Part shown: in pieces, positions 8,523 to 17,574 of the stretch | How positions within the stretch are numbered: position 1 is the stretch's first letter | Layout of the letters: each line of letters opens with the position of its first letter | Virus record (IMG/VR): IMGVR_UViG_2802429219_000016 | Direction: 5' to 3' (one strand) | Length of the DNA stretch: 31,583 bases | Source of the DNA: a virus | Taxonomy: Duplodnaviria > Heunggongvirae > Uroviricota > Caudoviricetes | Notes under the pieces: model-generated | Database searches by the model: none | Seen by the model: the letters and a program-made list of their open reading frames with translations, nothing else | Told to the model about the DNA's origin: nothing | Position numbers and translations under genes: made by a program

Positions 8523-8750
8523 ATGGGCAAAGGCTGGGATGCCTCACTGAAAGCCGGGCGGCGTGACCGCCTGCGCCAGGAGGTTCTGCACCGCATGGCC
8601 GGAGGTCCGCCCCCGAAACCGCTGGACTATACCGGCCATGATGGCACACACGCCAGCTACTACATGCGTGGCTGGAACTCCGTGGATACACGGGACATTT
8701 TCTGGCAGTGCCAGAAGTACAAGGAAAAACTCAATGCACAGAATGAATAG
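8523..8750 (+). CDS. Hypothetical protein in lysis module (75 aa)
   Basis: ATG 2 nt after endolysin stop; no recognised domain. Confidence 0.4.
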   Translation: MGKGWDASLKAGRRDRLRQEVLHRMAGGPPPKPLDYTGHDGTHASYYMRGWNSVDTRDIFWQCQKYKEKLNAQNE

Positions 8751-9144
8751 TCTTTTTGTTCGCGTTATTTACTCCCGCTTTATGTTGTGCCAGTGGTCGT
8801 TTCTGGGACTGTCGGCAGTACTTTTTCTGGCGAGCTGTTTTGCCGGATGGCGGGCGTTTGCGGTCATGGTGCTGGCATACGGCGCGACACTCTGCCTGAT
8901 TCACAGTTTCCAGCTGGGCAACGTACCTTATCGCCTGCAGCCCAAAAGGCGTTTCCGGGCCGCCTCCCTTCGAATTGTCGTGTGGTCATGGGTGGTCTGG
9001 GCCGTTGGTTTTTTCATGCTGACATTCGGCATTCTTTATCTGAAGGAGCCTTATCAGCTGGCGTTCTGGCTGGGCGGTATTTTTTGCGCGGCACTTTATA
9101 AACATCAGCGCCGTTTTCATAAGGGGGATTCATGGATCCGTTAA
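8734..9144 (+). CDS. Polytopic membrane protein, holin candidate (136 aa)
   Basis: About four hydrophobic segments; ATG 8734 with AAGGAAAAA RBS preferred over the in-frame upstream start at 8563. Confidence 0.45.
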   Translation: MHRMNSLFVRVIYSRFMLCQWSFLGLSAVLFLASCFAGWRAFAVMVLAYGATLCLIHSFQLGNVPYRLQPKRRFRAASLRIVVWSWVVWAVGFFMLTFGILYLKEPYQLAFWLGGIFCAALYKHQRRFHKGDSWIR

Positions 9145-9740
9145 CCCTTTCAGGCATCGCCTCTGTTCTGCTGAAAGCCGGGCCGGGGCTGATTCGTTCC
9201 GTCGGGCGCTGGTTTGGTGGCAGTACATCTGCCGCCGCTGACTCGGTGGCCGGTATGGTGGAAAGCGTCCGGGAAAGCCTGCCGGTGGCTGAACAGCAAC
9301 GCATTCTGGAACAAAAACTGGTGATGCTGTCACCGGAGCAACTGATGCAGCTGGAAACCCTGAAAGTTCAGCTGCAACAGCTGGAGGTGGAACGGCAGAA
9401 GCTGGTGCTGGCTGACCAGCAGGCCGCACACCACGAACAGCAGGAAACCATCCGCAATGGTGACAACGCCACGGACAGCTATGTGCGCCAGACACGCCCG
9501 CTGCTGGCCCGCCTTTCCTGTTACAGCAGTCTGGCCTATGTGCTGTTGCTCTCCTGCGGCCAGATTGCCGGAGCCATTGCCGGTGCCAGAGGTATTACGC
9601 TGCATATGCCATCACCGGACTGGGATATCACGCTGATGTTGCTTACCCCGGCGCTGGGCTATCTCGGTGTGCGAACCCTTGACGGCTTTGCCCGTTACAG
9701 CAAATCAAGCCGTCACAAAATGTCTGCGGGGCTGAAATGA
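9132..9740 (+). CDS. Membrane protein with N-terminal coiled coil and C-terminal TM segments (202 aa); lysis-associated
   Basis: Gln/Leu-rich heptad-like region (EQQRILEQKLVMLSPEQLMQLETLKVQLQQLEVERQKL) followed by hydrophobic stretches. Confidence 0.45.
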   Translation: MDPLTLSGIASVLLKAGPGLIRSVGRWFGGSTSAAADSVAGMVESVRESLPVAEQQRILEQKLVMLSPEQLMQLETLKVQLQQLEVERQKLVLADQQAAHHEQQETIRNGDNATDSYVRQTRPLLARLSCYSSLAYVLLLSCGQIAGAIAGARGITLHMPSPDWDITLMLLTPALGYLGVRTLDGFARYSKSSRHKMSAGLK

Positions 9741-9964
9741 CCGACGAAATCGATCGCATCAGTGAAGTGGTTTTGAACGAGCGTCAGAGCGTCGTTAAAG
9801 CCTGGCAGACACGGACAAAAGAAACGCCCCACAGCCGGGGCTTCTGCAATGACTGCGGGAACGTTATTCCGGCACAGCGCCTTGCGGCGCTGCCGGATGT
9901 GGTGACCTGTATTGACTGTCAGCAGATGCGGGAACGCAGGAGGAAAACGTGTCCTGGGAAATGA
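9737..9964 (+). CDS. TraR/DksA-family C4 zinc-finger protein (75 aa)
   Basis: C-x2-C-x17-C-x2-C (CNDCGNVIPAQRLAALPDVVTCIDCQ) and size typical of TraR / lambda Orf73 family. Confidence 0.7.
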   Translation: MTDEIDRISEVVLNERQSVVKAWQTRTKETPHSRGFCNDCGNVIPAQRLAALPDVVTCIDCQQMRERRRKTCPGK

Positions 9965-10254
9965 TCAGAGCCAACTGGCCCATTCTGTGGGCATTGCTGA
10001 TGACAGGAATAAACCTGCTTCAGTTGATTCTGGCAAAGACCTACGTCAAACGCGAAGAGTTTGATTTGCTGCGTTCCCGCGTGTCGGTGATGGAAAGCCA
10101 GGTACATCAGCTACCTGATCGTGATGAGTTCCACCGCCTGCAGCTGGATATCAGCAACCTGCGGGGAGAAATCAAAGAGCTGGGGCCATCCATCCGCCAG
10201 GTATCCCGCATCAGCGATTTGTTATTAGAGAACGAGTTAAAGGAAAAAAATTAA
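9949..10254 (+). CDS. Small N-terminally anchored membrane protein with coiled coil (101 aa); i-spanin-like architecture
   Basis: N-terminal TM (WPILWALLMTGINLLQLIL) then helical region; GTG start 5-6 nt after AGGAGG. Spanin role is inference from architecture only. Confidence 0.4.
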   Translation: MSWEMIRANWPILWALLMTGINLLQLILAKTYVKREEFDLLRSRVSVMESQVHQLPDRDEFHRLQLDISNLRGEIKELGPSIRQVSRISDLLLENELKEKN

Positions 10255-10547
10255 TGGCGATGAAAGAGATCCTCACTGAAGACCGTCGTCTGGTGTTGCT
10301 GCGTTCCCTGCTGGATTGTGGCGACAGTGCGAATGAATCCGTGTTGCAGACCTGCCTTCAGGCCTACGGTCATAAGGTATCCCGTGATGTGGTGCGCACC
10401 CAGCTTGCATGGCTGCGCGAGCAGGGGCTGGTTCGTCTGTCTGATGTGGGCGGCTGTTACGTGGCTGAAATCACCGGCAGCGGCGAGGATGTGGCAAACG
10501 GCCTGTCCAGCGTTCCGGGCGTTAAAAAACCCCGTGCGAGGGACTGA
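10254..10547 (+). CDS. Hypothetical protein (97 aa)
   Basis: Tightly coupled ORF between lysis and packaging genes; no recognised domain. Confidence 0.45.
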   Translation: MAMKEILTEDRRLVLLRSLLDCGDSANESVLQTCLQAYGHKVSRDVVRTQLAWLREQGLVRLSDVGGCYVAEITGSGEDVANGLSSVPGVKKPRARD

Positions 10548-10549
10548 GC

Positions 10550-10849
10550 ATGGCCCGAAAACTGAAGCCGTTAAGTCGCGGAGAACGGGCCGTCGTGCGG
10601 CAACTGGCGTACTGCCTTGTGCTGGCAGATATTGAGCAAAACGCCATTGTCCGTGCATACGAACAACAGACCGGAAAGCCCTGGAACCCGGATGCACCGG
10701 ATACCCCCATGAAACGTGCCCTGCGTTCATCACCGGCATGTGCGCGGCTGTGGAAGCTGCTGGGTAAGGATATCCGCTCCGTTCGCGAAGAAATATACGC
10801 CGGTCTGAAAACACCGGGAACTGAAGACGGGGGCCGTCGTGAACCGTAA
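10550..10849 (+). CDS. Hypothetical protein (99 aa)
   Basis: Tightly coupled ORF upstream of packaging genes; no recognised domain. Confidence 0.45.
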   Translation: MARKLKPLSRGERAVVRQLAYCLVLADIEQNAIVRAYEQQTGKPWNPDAPDTPMKRALRSSPACARLWKLLGKDIRSVREEIYAGLKTPGTEDGGRREP

Positions 10850-10986
10850 AAAGAATCCGATAAGTAAAGCGTCCCGTGATGAACTCCGCCGTCTGGCGCA
10901 CAACCTGACATGGCGGGAAATCCAGAGCGGCGCACTGAAATCTGCATACGAAAGTTTACAGCGTAGTGAGCAACAGGAGGGCACAC

Positions 10987-11568
10987 ATGGAAAATGAACA
11001 ACGCCCCACCCGTGGCCGTCTTTCCAAAGTGGATTTACTCCCGGACAGCATCCGGGAGCAGTTGCATCAGATGCTGCGGGAAAAGCGGCACACGCAGGAA
11101 GAAATCCGCGAAGCCATCAACGCCCTGATTGACGAACACAACCTGCCGGAAGAGATGCAGTTAAGCCGGACGGGCTTAAACCGCTATGCCATCCGCATGG
11201 AAAAAGTCGGGGCAAAAATCCGTGCCTCCCGCGAAATGGCCGAAGTCTGGGCGGCAAAGCTGGGTTCCGCGCCGACGTCAGACGTCGGCAAGCTGCTGAT
11301 GGAGTTTGTAAAAACGCTGGCTTTTGAAACGTCCATGTCGATGGCAGAAGACGACAAGCCCGTTGCACCGAAGGCGCTGGGGCAACTGGCGCTGGTTGCC
11401 CAGCGTCTGGAAGCGGCAGCCATGACCAGCCATAAACGCGAGAAAGCGATCCGCGATGCGTTTGCGCAGGAGATGGCAGAGAAAACCGAAGAACTGGTCA
11501 GAACGGGCGGTCTGTCAGGTGGTGCGGCTGACACCATCAAACGTGAAATTCTGGGGATTAGCGCATGA
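10987..11568 (+). CDS. Putative terminase small subunit (Mu gp27-like, DUF3486-type) (193 aa)
   Basis: Directly upstream of and overlapping the large terminase; AGGAGG RBS 6 nt before ATG 10987; family assignment from recollection. Confidence 0.5.
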   Translation: MENEQRPTRGRLSKVDLLPDSIREQLHQMLREKRHTQEEIREAINALIDEHNLPEEMQLSRTGLNRYAIRMEKVGAKIRASREMAEVWAAKLGSAPTSDVGKLLMEFVKTLAFETSMSMAEDDKPVAPKALGQLALVAQRLEAAAMTSHKREKAIRDAFAQEMAEKTEELVRTGGLSGGAADTIKREILGISA

Positions 11569-13100
11569 CACAAATGGACACGTTCAGTGAATATGATGTT
11601 CTGCTGCCGTATCAGAAACGCTGGGTGGCGGATGATGCCGACCTGAAAATCGCCGAGAAATCCCGCCGTACCGGTTTAACCTGGGCGGAGGCGGCAGATG
11701 CAGCACTGACAGCATCGCTGAAGAAGGAAGACGGCGGGCGCGATCACTTTTATATCGGTTCGAATAAGGAGATGGCCCGCGAATTTATCGACGCTGTGGC
11801 GATGTGGGCGAAAGCGTTTAATGCGGCAGCGGAAGAAATCTGCGAGGAAGTGATCACCGACGAAGACAAGGACATTCTGACGTTCGTCGTGTACTTCGCC
11901 AGCGGTTTTAAGGTCAAGGCACTGTCCAGCAACCCGAGCAACATTCGCGGGATGCAGGGGAATGTCACCATCGACGAGGCCGCGTTCCATGAAAAACTGG
12001 ACGAGCTGCTGAAGGCGGTGCTGCCGCTGAAAACATGGGGCGGCAAAATTCGCCTTATTTCCACCCATGACGGCGTGGACAACCTGTTTAACCAGCTGAT
12101 TCAGGAAAGCCGCGCGGGCAAAAAAGATTACAGCATTCACACCATCACGCTGGACGACGCCTGCAATGACGGGCTGTACCGACGTATCTGTCAGGTGCGC
12201 GGCATGGTGTGGTCACCGGAAGCCGAGGCGGAATGGAAAGAAGGCCTGCTGCGAAATACCGCCACCCGCGAAGACGCGCTGGAGGAGTATTACTGCGTCC
12301 CGAAAAACGGCGGCGGCACGTATATCCGCCGCTCACTGCGTGAACGTGCGGCCCGTGGCACCGGGAAAGTGTTGCGCTTTACCGGCACACCGGAATTTAA
12401 CGCACTGACGGAAAGCCAGCGTCGGGCAGATATCCGGGAATGGCTGGAAACAGTGGTGCGCCCTGAACTGGAAAAACTCCCGAAGAACCTGCGCCACTGT
12501 CTGGGGGAAGACTTTGCGCGTTCGGGTGACCTGACCGTACTGGCCCCGGTGACGGTGAACGATGACACCACCCGCGAGGTGCCGTTCCTGGTTGAGCTTG
12601 GCAATGTGCCGTTTAAACAGCAGGAGCAGGTGCTGTTCTGGCTTTGCGATCGTCTGCCCCGCCGTGACGGCATCAAAATGGATGCGCGGGGGAATGGTCA
12701 GTATCTGGCAGAACAGGCGGCAGAGCGGTACGGCGATGAAGTGGAACAGGTGATGCTGTCCGTGGCGTTTTACCGCGAAAACATGCCCCGTTTCCGTGCG
12801 GCGTTTGAAGATGATGAGCTGATCCTTCCGAAGCATGAAGACGTGATCAATGACCTCGGGGCCATTCAGTTACTGCGTGGCGTTCCCGGCATTGATGATT
12901 CACGAACCAGAGGCAGCGACGGTCACAAACGTCACGGCGACGCCGCTGTGGCCATTTTCCTGGGCTTCCTTGCCAGTAAAGATGACTGCCACCGTTACGA
13001 ACTGCATCGCCTGAACCGCCCGGCGAAACCGGAAGAACGCAACGCGCGCCGCCAGCTGAAGCTGACACGCGGCCTGAAAAATGAGGGAGGTTTACTGTGA
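11565..13100 (+). CDS. Terminase large subunit (511 aa)
   Basis: Size, position before portal, and Mu gp28-like sequence character. Confidence 0.8.
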   Translation: MTQMDTFSEYDVLLPYQKRWVADDADLKIAEKSRRTGLTWAEAADAALTASLKKEDGGRDHFYIGSNKEMAREFIDAVAMWAKAFNAAAEEICEEVITDEDKDILTFVVYFASGFKVKALSSNPSNIRGMQGNVTIDEAAFHEKLDELLKAVLPLKTWGGKIRLISTHDGVDNLFNQLIQESRAGKKDYSIHTITLDDACNDGLYRRICQVRGMVWSPEAEAEWKEGLLRNTATREDALEEYYCVPKNGGGTYIRRSLRERAARGTGKVLRFTGTPEFNALTESQRRADIREWLETVVRPELEKLPKNLRHCLGEDFARSGDLTVLAPVTVNDDTTREVPFLVELGNVPFKQQEQVLFWLCDRLPRRDGIKMDARGNGQYLAEQAAERYGDEVEQVMLSVAFYRENMPRFRAAFEDDELILPKHEDVINDLGAIQLLRGVPGIDDSRTRGSDGHKRHGDAAVAIFLGFLASKDDCHRYELHRLNRPAKPEERNARRQLKLTRGLKNEGGLL

Positions 13101-14668
13101 ACCTGAAACAACTGGCCGGGGCCGTTCGCCATCTGCTGAACCCGGCAACCGGTGAGGAAGACACGCTGAAAAAAGAGGCGCTCAACGAAGCACAGGCCCG
13201 TCCGCGTCATGCCGGTGTGCGTTCGGCCTCGCCGGGTATCAGCGTCGCCTCCGGGCTGACCCCCGGCAGGCTGGCAGGCATTCTGCGCAATGCTACTGAC
13301 GGCATCACGCGTGATTTTTTTATCCTTGCTGAAGAGATGGAAGAACGCGATTTGCATTACGCCTCGGTACTGCGCACCCGCAAGCTGACGGTGGCGGGTA
13401 TCGAACCGGTGGTGGTGGCCGCCAGTGATGACGATGCTGACGTGCAACTGGCGGACGCCATCCGTGCACTGATGGAGGCACCGCAAATCCCTGAGCTGAT
13501 GTTTGATCTGCTCGACGGGCTGGGAAAAGGCGTGGCGGTCTGTGAAATTTTGTGGAACACCCGCAACAACCACTGGGTGCCCCGTGATTATGAGTGGGTT
13601 GATCCCCGTTTTCTGAAAGCCGAAAAGCCCACGCTGCGCCAGTTCCGCCTGCTGACAGACGATGAACCGGTGGATGGTGTACCGCTGACACCGGGAAAAT
13701 TCATTGTTCACCAGCCGCGCCTGAAATCCGGTTTGCCGCTGCGTAACGGTCTGGCCCGTCTGGTGGCGGTAATGTACATGCTGAAATCCTTTACCGTGCG
13801 CGACTGGTGGGCATTTGCGGAAAAATTCGGCATTCCGGTCACGGTGGGGAAATACGGTCCCAACGCCACGGAGGAACAAATCCGCGTGCTGATTGATGCG
13901 ATTGCGTCCATTGCCTCGGATGCCGGGTGTGCCATTCCGCAGTCCATGCAACTGGAGATGAAGGAAACCGCCAGCCGGAATAACGGCGGCGCACTGTTCC
14001 GTGAAATGGCGGAATGGTGTGATGCGCAAATCAGTAAAGCCGTGCTGGGGCAGACCATGACCACGGATAACGGCAGTTCGCGCTCACAGGCGGACGTGCA
14101 CAATCAGGTGCGTATGGACATTGTGCGCTGGGACGCGCGGCAGCTGGCTAACACGCTGAATGAATATCTGGTGCGCCCCTACATCGAGGCCAATTACGGG
14201 CCACAGGAACACTATCCCCGTGTTGTTCTGCGTATCAGTGAAGCAGAAGATCTGAAGGCGCTGACAGATGCTCTGGTGCCGCTGATTGACCGGGGGATGC
14301 GGGTTCAGGAATCGGAGCTGCGGGACCGGTTCGGCCTGGCTGAACCGGACGACGGGGCTGATGTTCTGCATCCGGTGTCTGCCGGAATGTCAGGTGATGT
14401 GGCGATGAACCGCGAGCGCGTCGCCCTGAACCGGGAACACCCCGATGAACTGGCACAGATGGTGGATGATGCCCTGCGTGACTGGCAGAAAACCGGCGAG
14501 GCGTTCACGAACCCGGTGCTGACACTGGCGCAGGAATGCGACAGTTTTGATGACTTTCTGAAACGCCTGCCTGAGCTTCAGGAAACGCTGAACGCGGACG
14601 ACTTTGCCCTGCAACTGGCGGAGGTGTGCTTTAAGGCGCGTGCGCTGGGGGACACCGGTCATGCGTGA
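13097..14668 (+). CDS. H: Portal protein, Mu gp29 (H) family (523 aa)
   Basis: GTG start after GGGAGG RBS, overlaps terminase stop; size and order typical of Mu-like portal. Confidence 0.8.
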   Translation: MNLKQLAGAVRHLLNPATGEEDTLKKEALNEAQARPRHAGVRSASPGISVASGLTPGRLAGILRNATDGITRDFFILAEEMEERDLHYASVLRTRKLTVAGIEPVVVAASDDDADVQLADAIRALMEAPQIPELMFDLLDGLGKGVAVCEILWNTRNNHWVPRDYEWVDPRFLKAEKPTLRQFRLLTDDEPVDGVPLTPGKFIVHQPRLKSGLPLRNGLARLVAVMYMLKSFTVRDWWAFAEKFGIPVTVGKYGPNATEEQIRVLIDAIASIASDAGCAIPQSMQLEMKETASRNNGGALFREMAEWCDAQISKAVLGQTMTTDNGSSRSQADVHNQVRMDIVRWDARQLANTLNEYLVRPYIEANYGPQEHYPRVVLRISEAEDLKALTDALVPLIDRGMRVQESELRDRFGLAEPDDGADVLHPVSAGMSGDVAMNRERVALNREHPDELAQMVDDALRDWQKTGEAFTNPVLTLAQECDSFDDFLKRLPELQETLNADDFALQLAEVCFKARALGDTGHA

Positions 14669-15425
14669 AACTCTCATCCCGAAAGAGGCGCTGGCGTGGC
14701 TGAAGGCGAAGAAGCTGCGCCCCGGTTTTGATTACCGGGATGTGTGGCGGGAAGAGCACCGGAACAGCTTCACCGTGGCAAAAATGCTGCAACTGGATTT
14801 GTTGTCGGATGTGAAAGCCCTTGTGGAAGACGCCCTGCAAAGCGGGCAGACGTTCAGCGAGTTCCGGGAGGCGCTGCAACCGCTGCTGATAAAACGCGGA
14901 TGGTGGGGCGTACAGGAGATGGATGATCCGCTGACGGGCGAAACCCGCACCGTGCAACTGGGCAGCGACCGCCGCCTCCGCACGATTTTTGATACCAACA
15001 TGCGCACCGCCCGCGCGGCGGGCCAGTGGGAACGCATTCAGCGGACAAAGCGGGCCATGCCGTATCTGATTTATGAGCTGGGGCCATCCCGCGACCACCG
15101 GGCGGAGCATGTGAAATGGGCGCGTCTGTGTCTGCCGGTAGATCATCCGTTCTGGCAGACACATTTTGCCCCTAACGGCTGGGGCTGCAAATGCACCATC
15201 CGTCAGGTCAGCCGTGGTGAGTATGCGCAACTGGCGGCACAGGGCACCATTCACACCGAAGCGCCGGAAATCAGAACCGTCCGCTGGGTGAATAAACGCA
15301 CGGGCGAAGAGGAAGATGTGCCGGAAGGGATTGATCCGGGCTGGAACTACAATCCCGGCATAAACCGTGAGCAGGAGCTGGCGCGCCAGCTGGCGACAAA
15401 ACAGGCCCGTTTTGACAGTGAGTAA
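14661..15425 (+). CDS. F: Head morphogenesis protein, Mu F (gp30) family (254 aa)
   Basis: Follows portal with overlapping start; size and order match the Mu F family. Confidence 0.75.
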   Translation: MRETLIPKEALAWLKAKKLRPGFDYRDVWREEHRNSFTVAKMLQLDLLSDVKALVEDALQSGQTFSEFREALQPLLIKRGWWGVQEMDDPLTGETRTVQLGSDRRLRTIFDTNMRTARAAGQWERIQRTKRAMPYLIYELGPSRDHRAEHVKWARLCLPVDHPFWQTHFAPNGWGCKCTIRQVSRGEYAQLAAQGTIHTEAPEIRTVRWVNKRTGEEEDVPEGIDPGWNYNPGINREQELARQLATKQARFDSE

Positions 15426-15448
15426 CCCTCCCGCCGTAAGTCCCCCTG

Positions 15449-15472
15449 AAACGCATCAGAAACGCGTTTTTT
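15449..15472 (+). terminator. Candidate intrinsic terminator after F
   Basis: AAACGC-loop-GCGTTT stem followed by TTTTTT (15467-15472). Confidence 0.35.
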
Positions 15473-15564
15473 ATTCTGATGGCGTGAATGTGCATTCTGA
15501 CGTTTTTGAAGATGCTGTGGCGTTTTTGAAGGGGTTTTGAAGGGGGTATTTCCCCGTTTTCAGT

Positions 15565-15589
15565 GAAGCCGGTAAATCCGGCTTTTTTT
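15565..15589 (+). terminator. Second copy of the GAAGCCGG-TAAAT-CCGGCTTTTTTT hairpin/T-run element
   Basis: Identical hairpin and T7 run to 7845-7869; the 40-bp blocks 7841-7880 and 15561-15600 are 36/40 identical. Confidence 0.5.
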
Positions 15590-15638
15590 CTGCCTTCCGC
15601 ATACTGACCGTCGGTAACCCCAAACGACGGAGACTGAC

Positions 15639-16601
15639 ATGCAACCGGAACTGCTGGCGCTGTGTTTTTCCCTGCCAGAACCCATCCCTGAGCTGACACC
15701 TGCTCAACTGCCGGAATGGCTTGAACTCGTCCCTGCGGGTGAGTTCACCGGGCGCGATGGCCGGACGTGGATTAACCGCAATCCGCATGAGGTGGTCACC
15801 CGCTCGTCCGACATCAAAATTCCGGTGGACATTGAACACGCCACCGAAATTAAAGGGCAACGCGGTGATGAAGCCCCGGCGTATGGCTGGGTGGAAGAAC
15901 TGCGCGTGACGGACAGCGGCACCATTGAAGGCCGTGTTGTCTGGAGCGAGTACGCCCGGTGGATGCTGAGCGAACGCCGTTACCGCTATTACAGCCCGGC
16001 GTTTTTCTTTGACGCAGACGGTGTGGTGACGCGCCTGTCCAGCGTCGGGCTGACCAACAAACCTAACCTGGACTTTCCTGCACTGAATACGGAGAAAAAC
16101 CCGATGACAGTACCTGTGCAAATCACCGGCCTGCTTGGGCTGGCTGAATCTGCCACGGTGGACGATACCGTGGCCGCCATTAAACAACTTCAGGAGAACG
16201 AACAGGTGGCGCTGAACCGTGCACAGACACCTGACCTGACGAAGTTTGTACCGGTGGAAACCCACAATCTGGCACTGAACCGTGCCGAAACCGCAGAACA
16301 ACGCCTTCAGCAACTGGAAGAGAAGGAAGCAGAGGCGCTTGTGGATGCGGCCATCGAGGCCGGAAAAGTGGCCCCGGCCAACCGTGACATGTTCCTTGCC
16401 ACCTGCCGCACGGAAGAAGGCCGCAAACAGTTTGCGGAATACACCAAAGGTGCACAGCCGCTGGTGAACAACGACAAGCCCAGCCAGGGCAAGGATAAAC
16501 CCGCGCAGACACTGACCGACGCCGAACTGGCGATGTGCCGCAGCATGGGTATTACCGGGGAAGAGTTCCTCGCCGCTAAACCGAAACAGGAGAATAACTG
16601 A
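15639..16601 (+). CDS. I: Head maturation protease / scaffold, Mu I (gp32) family (320 aa)
   Basis: Position immediately before the major head gene; C-terminal coiled-coil scaffold-like region (LQQLEEKEAEALVDAAIEAGK). Confidence 0.75.
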   Translation: MQPELLALCFSLPEPIPELTPAQLPEWLELVPAGEFTGRDGRTWINRNPHEVVTRSSDIKIPVDIEHATEIKGQRGDEAPAYGWVEELRVTDSGTIEGRVVWSEYARWMLSERRYRYYSPAFFFDADGVVTRLSSVGLTNKPNLDFPALNTEKNPMTVPVQITGLLGLAESATVDDTVAAIKQLQENEQVALNRAQTPDLTKFVPVETHNLALNRAETAEQRLQQLEEKEAEALVDAAIEAGKVAPANRDMFLATCRTEEGRKQFAEYTKGAQPLVNNDKPSQGKDKPAQTLTDAELAMCRSMGITGEEFLAAKPKQENN

Positions 16602-17503
16602 TGGGAGCAGTCACTTCCGAAGTCCTTCACGCGCTGACCACCTGTCTGAGCGCCGCTTATACCCGTGGTCTGAGTGGTGTCACCCCACAGTGGCAGCGTA
16701 TCGCCTCTGAAATCCCGAGCTCGTCCGCCTCCAATACCTACGGCTGGATGAAAGATTTACCGGACATCAAAGAATGGGTTGGCGAGCGTCAGCTGGCTGA
16801 GCTGGAAGGTTATGGTTACACCATTACCAACAAACTCTGGGAAAGTTCGATCCGCGTAAAACGCGAACACATTGAAGACGATCAGATTGGTCAGTACAGC
16901 ATTACCGCCGAACGCTATGGCCGTATGACAGCCGTGTTCCCGGACAAGCTGTGTTACGCCCTGTTGTGTGCCGGATTTACTACCAAATGCTTTGACAGCC
17001 AGAACTTCTTTGATGAAGACCACCCGCTGGGTGACGGCACGTACAGCAACGTTGTCGGCGCACCGATAACGGACAAGGGCGAACCGTGGTTCCTGATTGA
17101 TGAGTCGCAGGTACTGAAACCCATCATCTGGCAGACGCGACGCGCCTTTAAGTTTGAAGCCCTGGACGATCTGAACAGCGAGCACACCTTCAAGAACCAT
17201 GAGTTCCTGTACGGGGTGGATGGTCGCTGTAATGCGGGCTTTGGCTTCTGGCAGACCGCCGTCGGTTCCCGTGCCGCACTGACAGCGGAGAACTACGAGA
17301 GCGCCGGGAATCTGTTGCGGGGTATGAAGGGCACCAACGGTGAACCGCTGGGCATCCGCCCGACCACCCTTGTGGTGGGACCGAAAAACCGCGCGAACGC
17401 GAAACGCATCATCGACGCCATGCTGGTCAACGGCGGCGATTCCAACATCTGGTACAAGGATGTGGAGATCGTGGACAGCCCGTTCATCACCACCCCGGCA
17501 TAA
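16601..17503 (+). CDS. T: Major head subunit, Mu T (gp34) family (300 aa)
   Basis: Size, position after protease/scaffold, strong RBS CAGGAGA, followed by a strong hairpin. Confidence 0.8.
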   Translation: MGAVTSEVLHALTTCLSAAYTRGLSGVTPQWQRIASEIPSSSASNTYGWMKDLPDIKEWVGERQLAELEGYGYTITNKLWESSIRVKREHIEDDQIGQYSITAERYGRMTAVFPDKLCYALLCAGFTTKCFDSQNFFDEDHPLGDGTYSNVVGAPITDKGEPWFLIDESQVLKPIIWQTRRAFKFEALDDLNSEHTFKNHEFLYGVDGRCNAGFGFWQTAVGSRAALTAENYESAGNLLRGMKGTNGEPLGIRPTTLVVGPKNRANAKRIIDAMLVNGGDSNIWYKDVEIVDSPFITTPA

Positions 17504-17522
17504 CCCGTCATCCGTAAACCCC

Positions 17523-17555
17523 AGTTAAAAGGTGCTGTGAATGCCCTTTTAACTC
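17523..17555 (+). terminator. Strong hairpin downstream of major head gene
   Basis: Perfect 10-bp stem AGTTAAAAGG / CCTTTTAACT with 12-nt loop, then CCCTTTTAAAAGG. Confidence 0.45.
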
Positions 17556-17574
17556 CCTTTTAAAAGGCAGAGCT

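Noticed and set aside
8563-9144. Long form (193 aa) of the membrane-protein ORF
   Set aside because: The upstream part overlaps the preceding gene in another frame and lacks an RBS; the internal ATG at 8734 with an AAGGAAAAA RBS gives a compact membrane protein.
12995-14029. Long minus-strand ORF (344 aa) antisense to terminase/portal genes
   Set aside because: Fully overlapped by well-supported plus-strand structural genes; GC-rich coding regions commonly give long spurious antisense ORFs; no RBS or recognisable protein features.
15471-16313. Minus-strand ORF (280 aa) antisense to the protease/scaffold gene
   Set aside because: Same reasoning: antisense artifact within a confident plus-strand gene.
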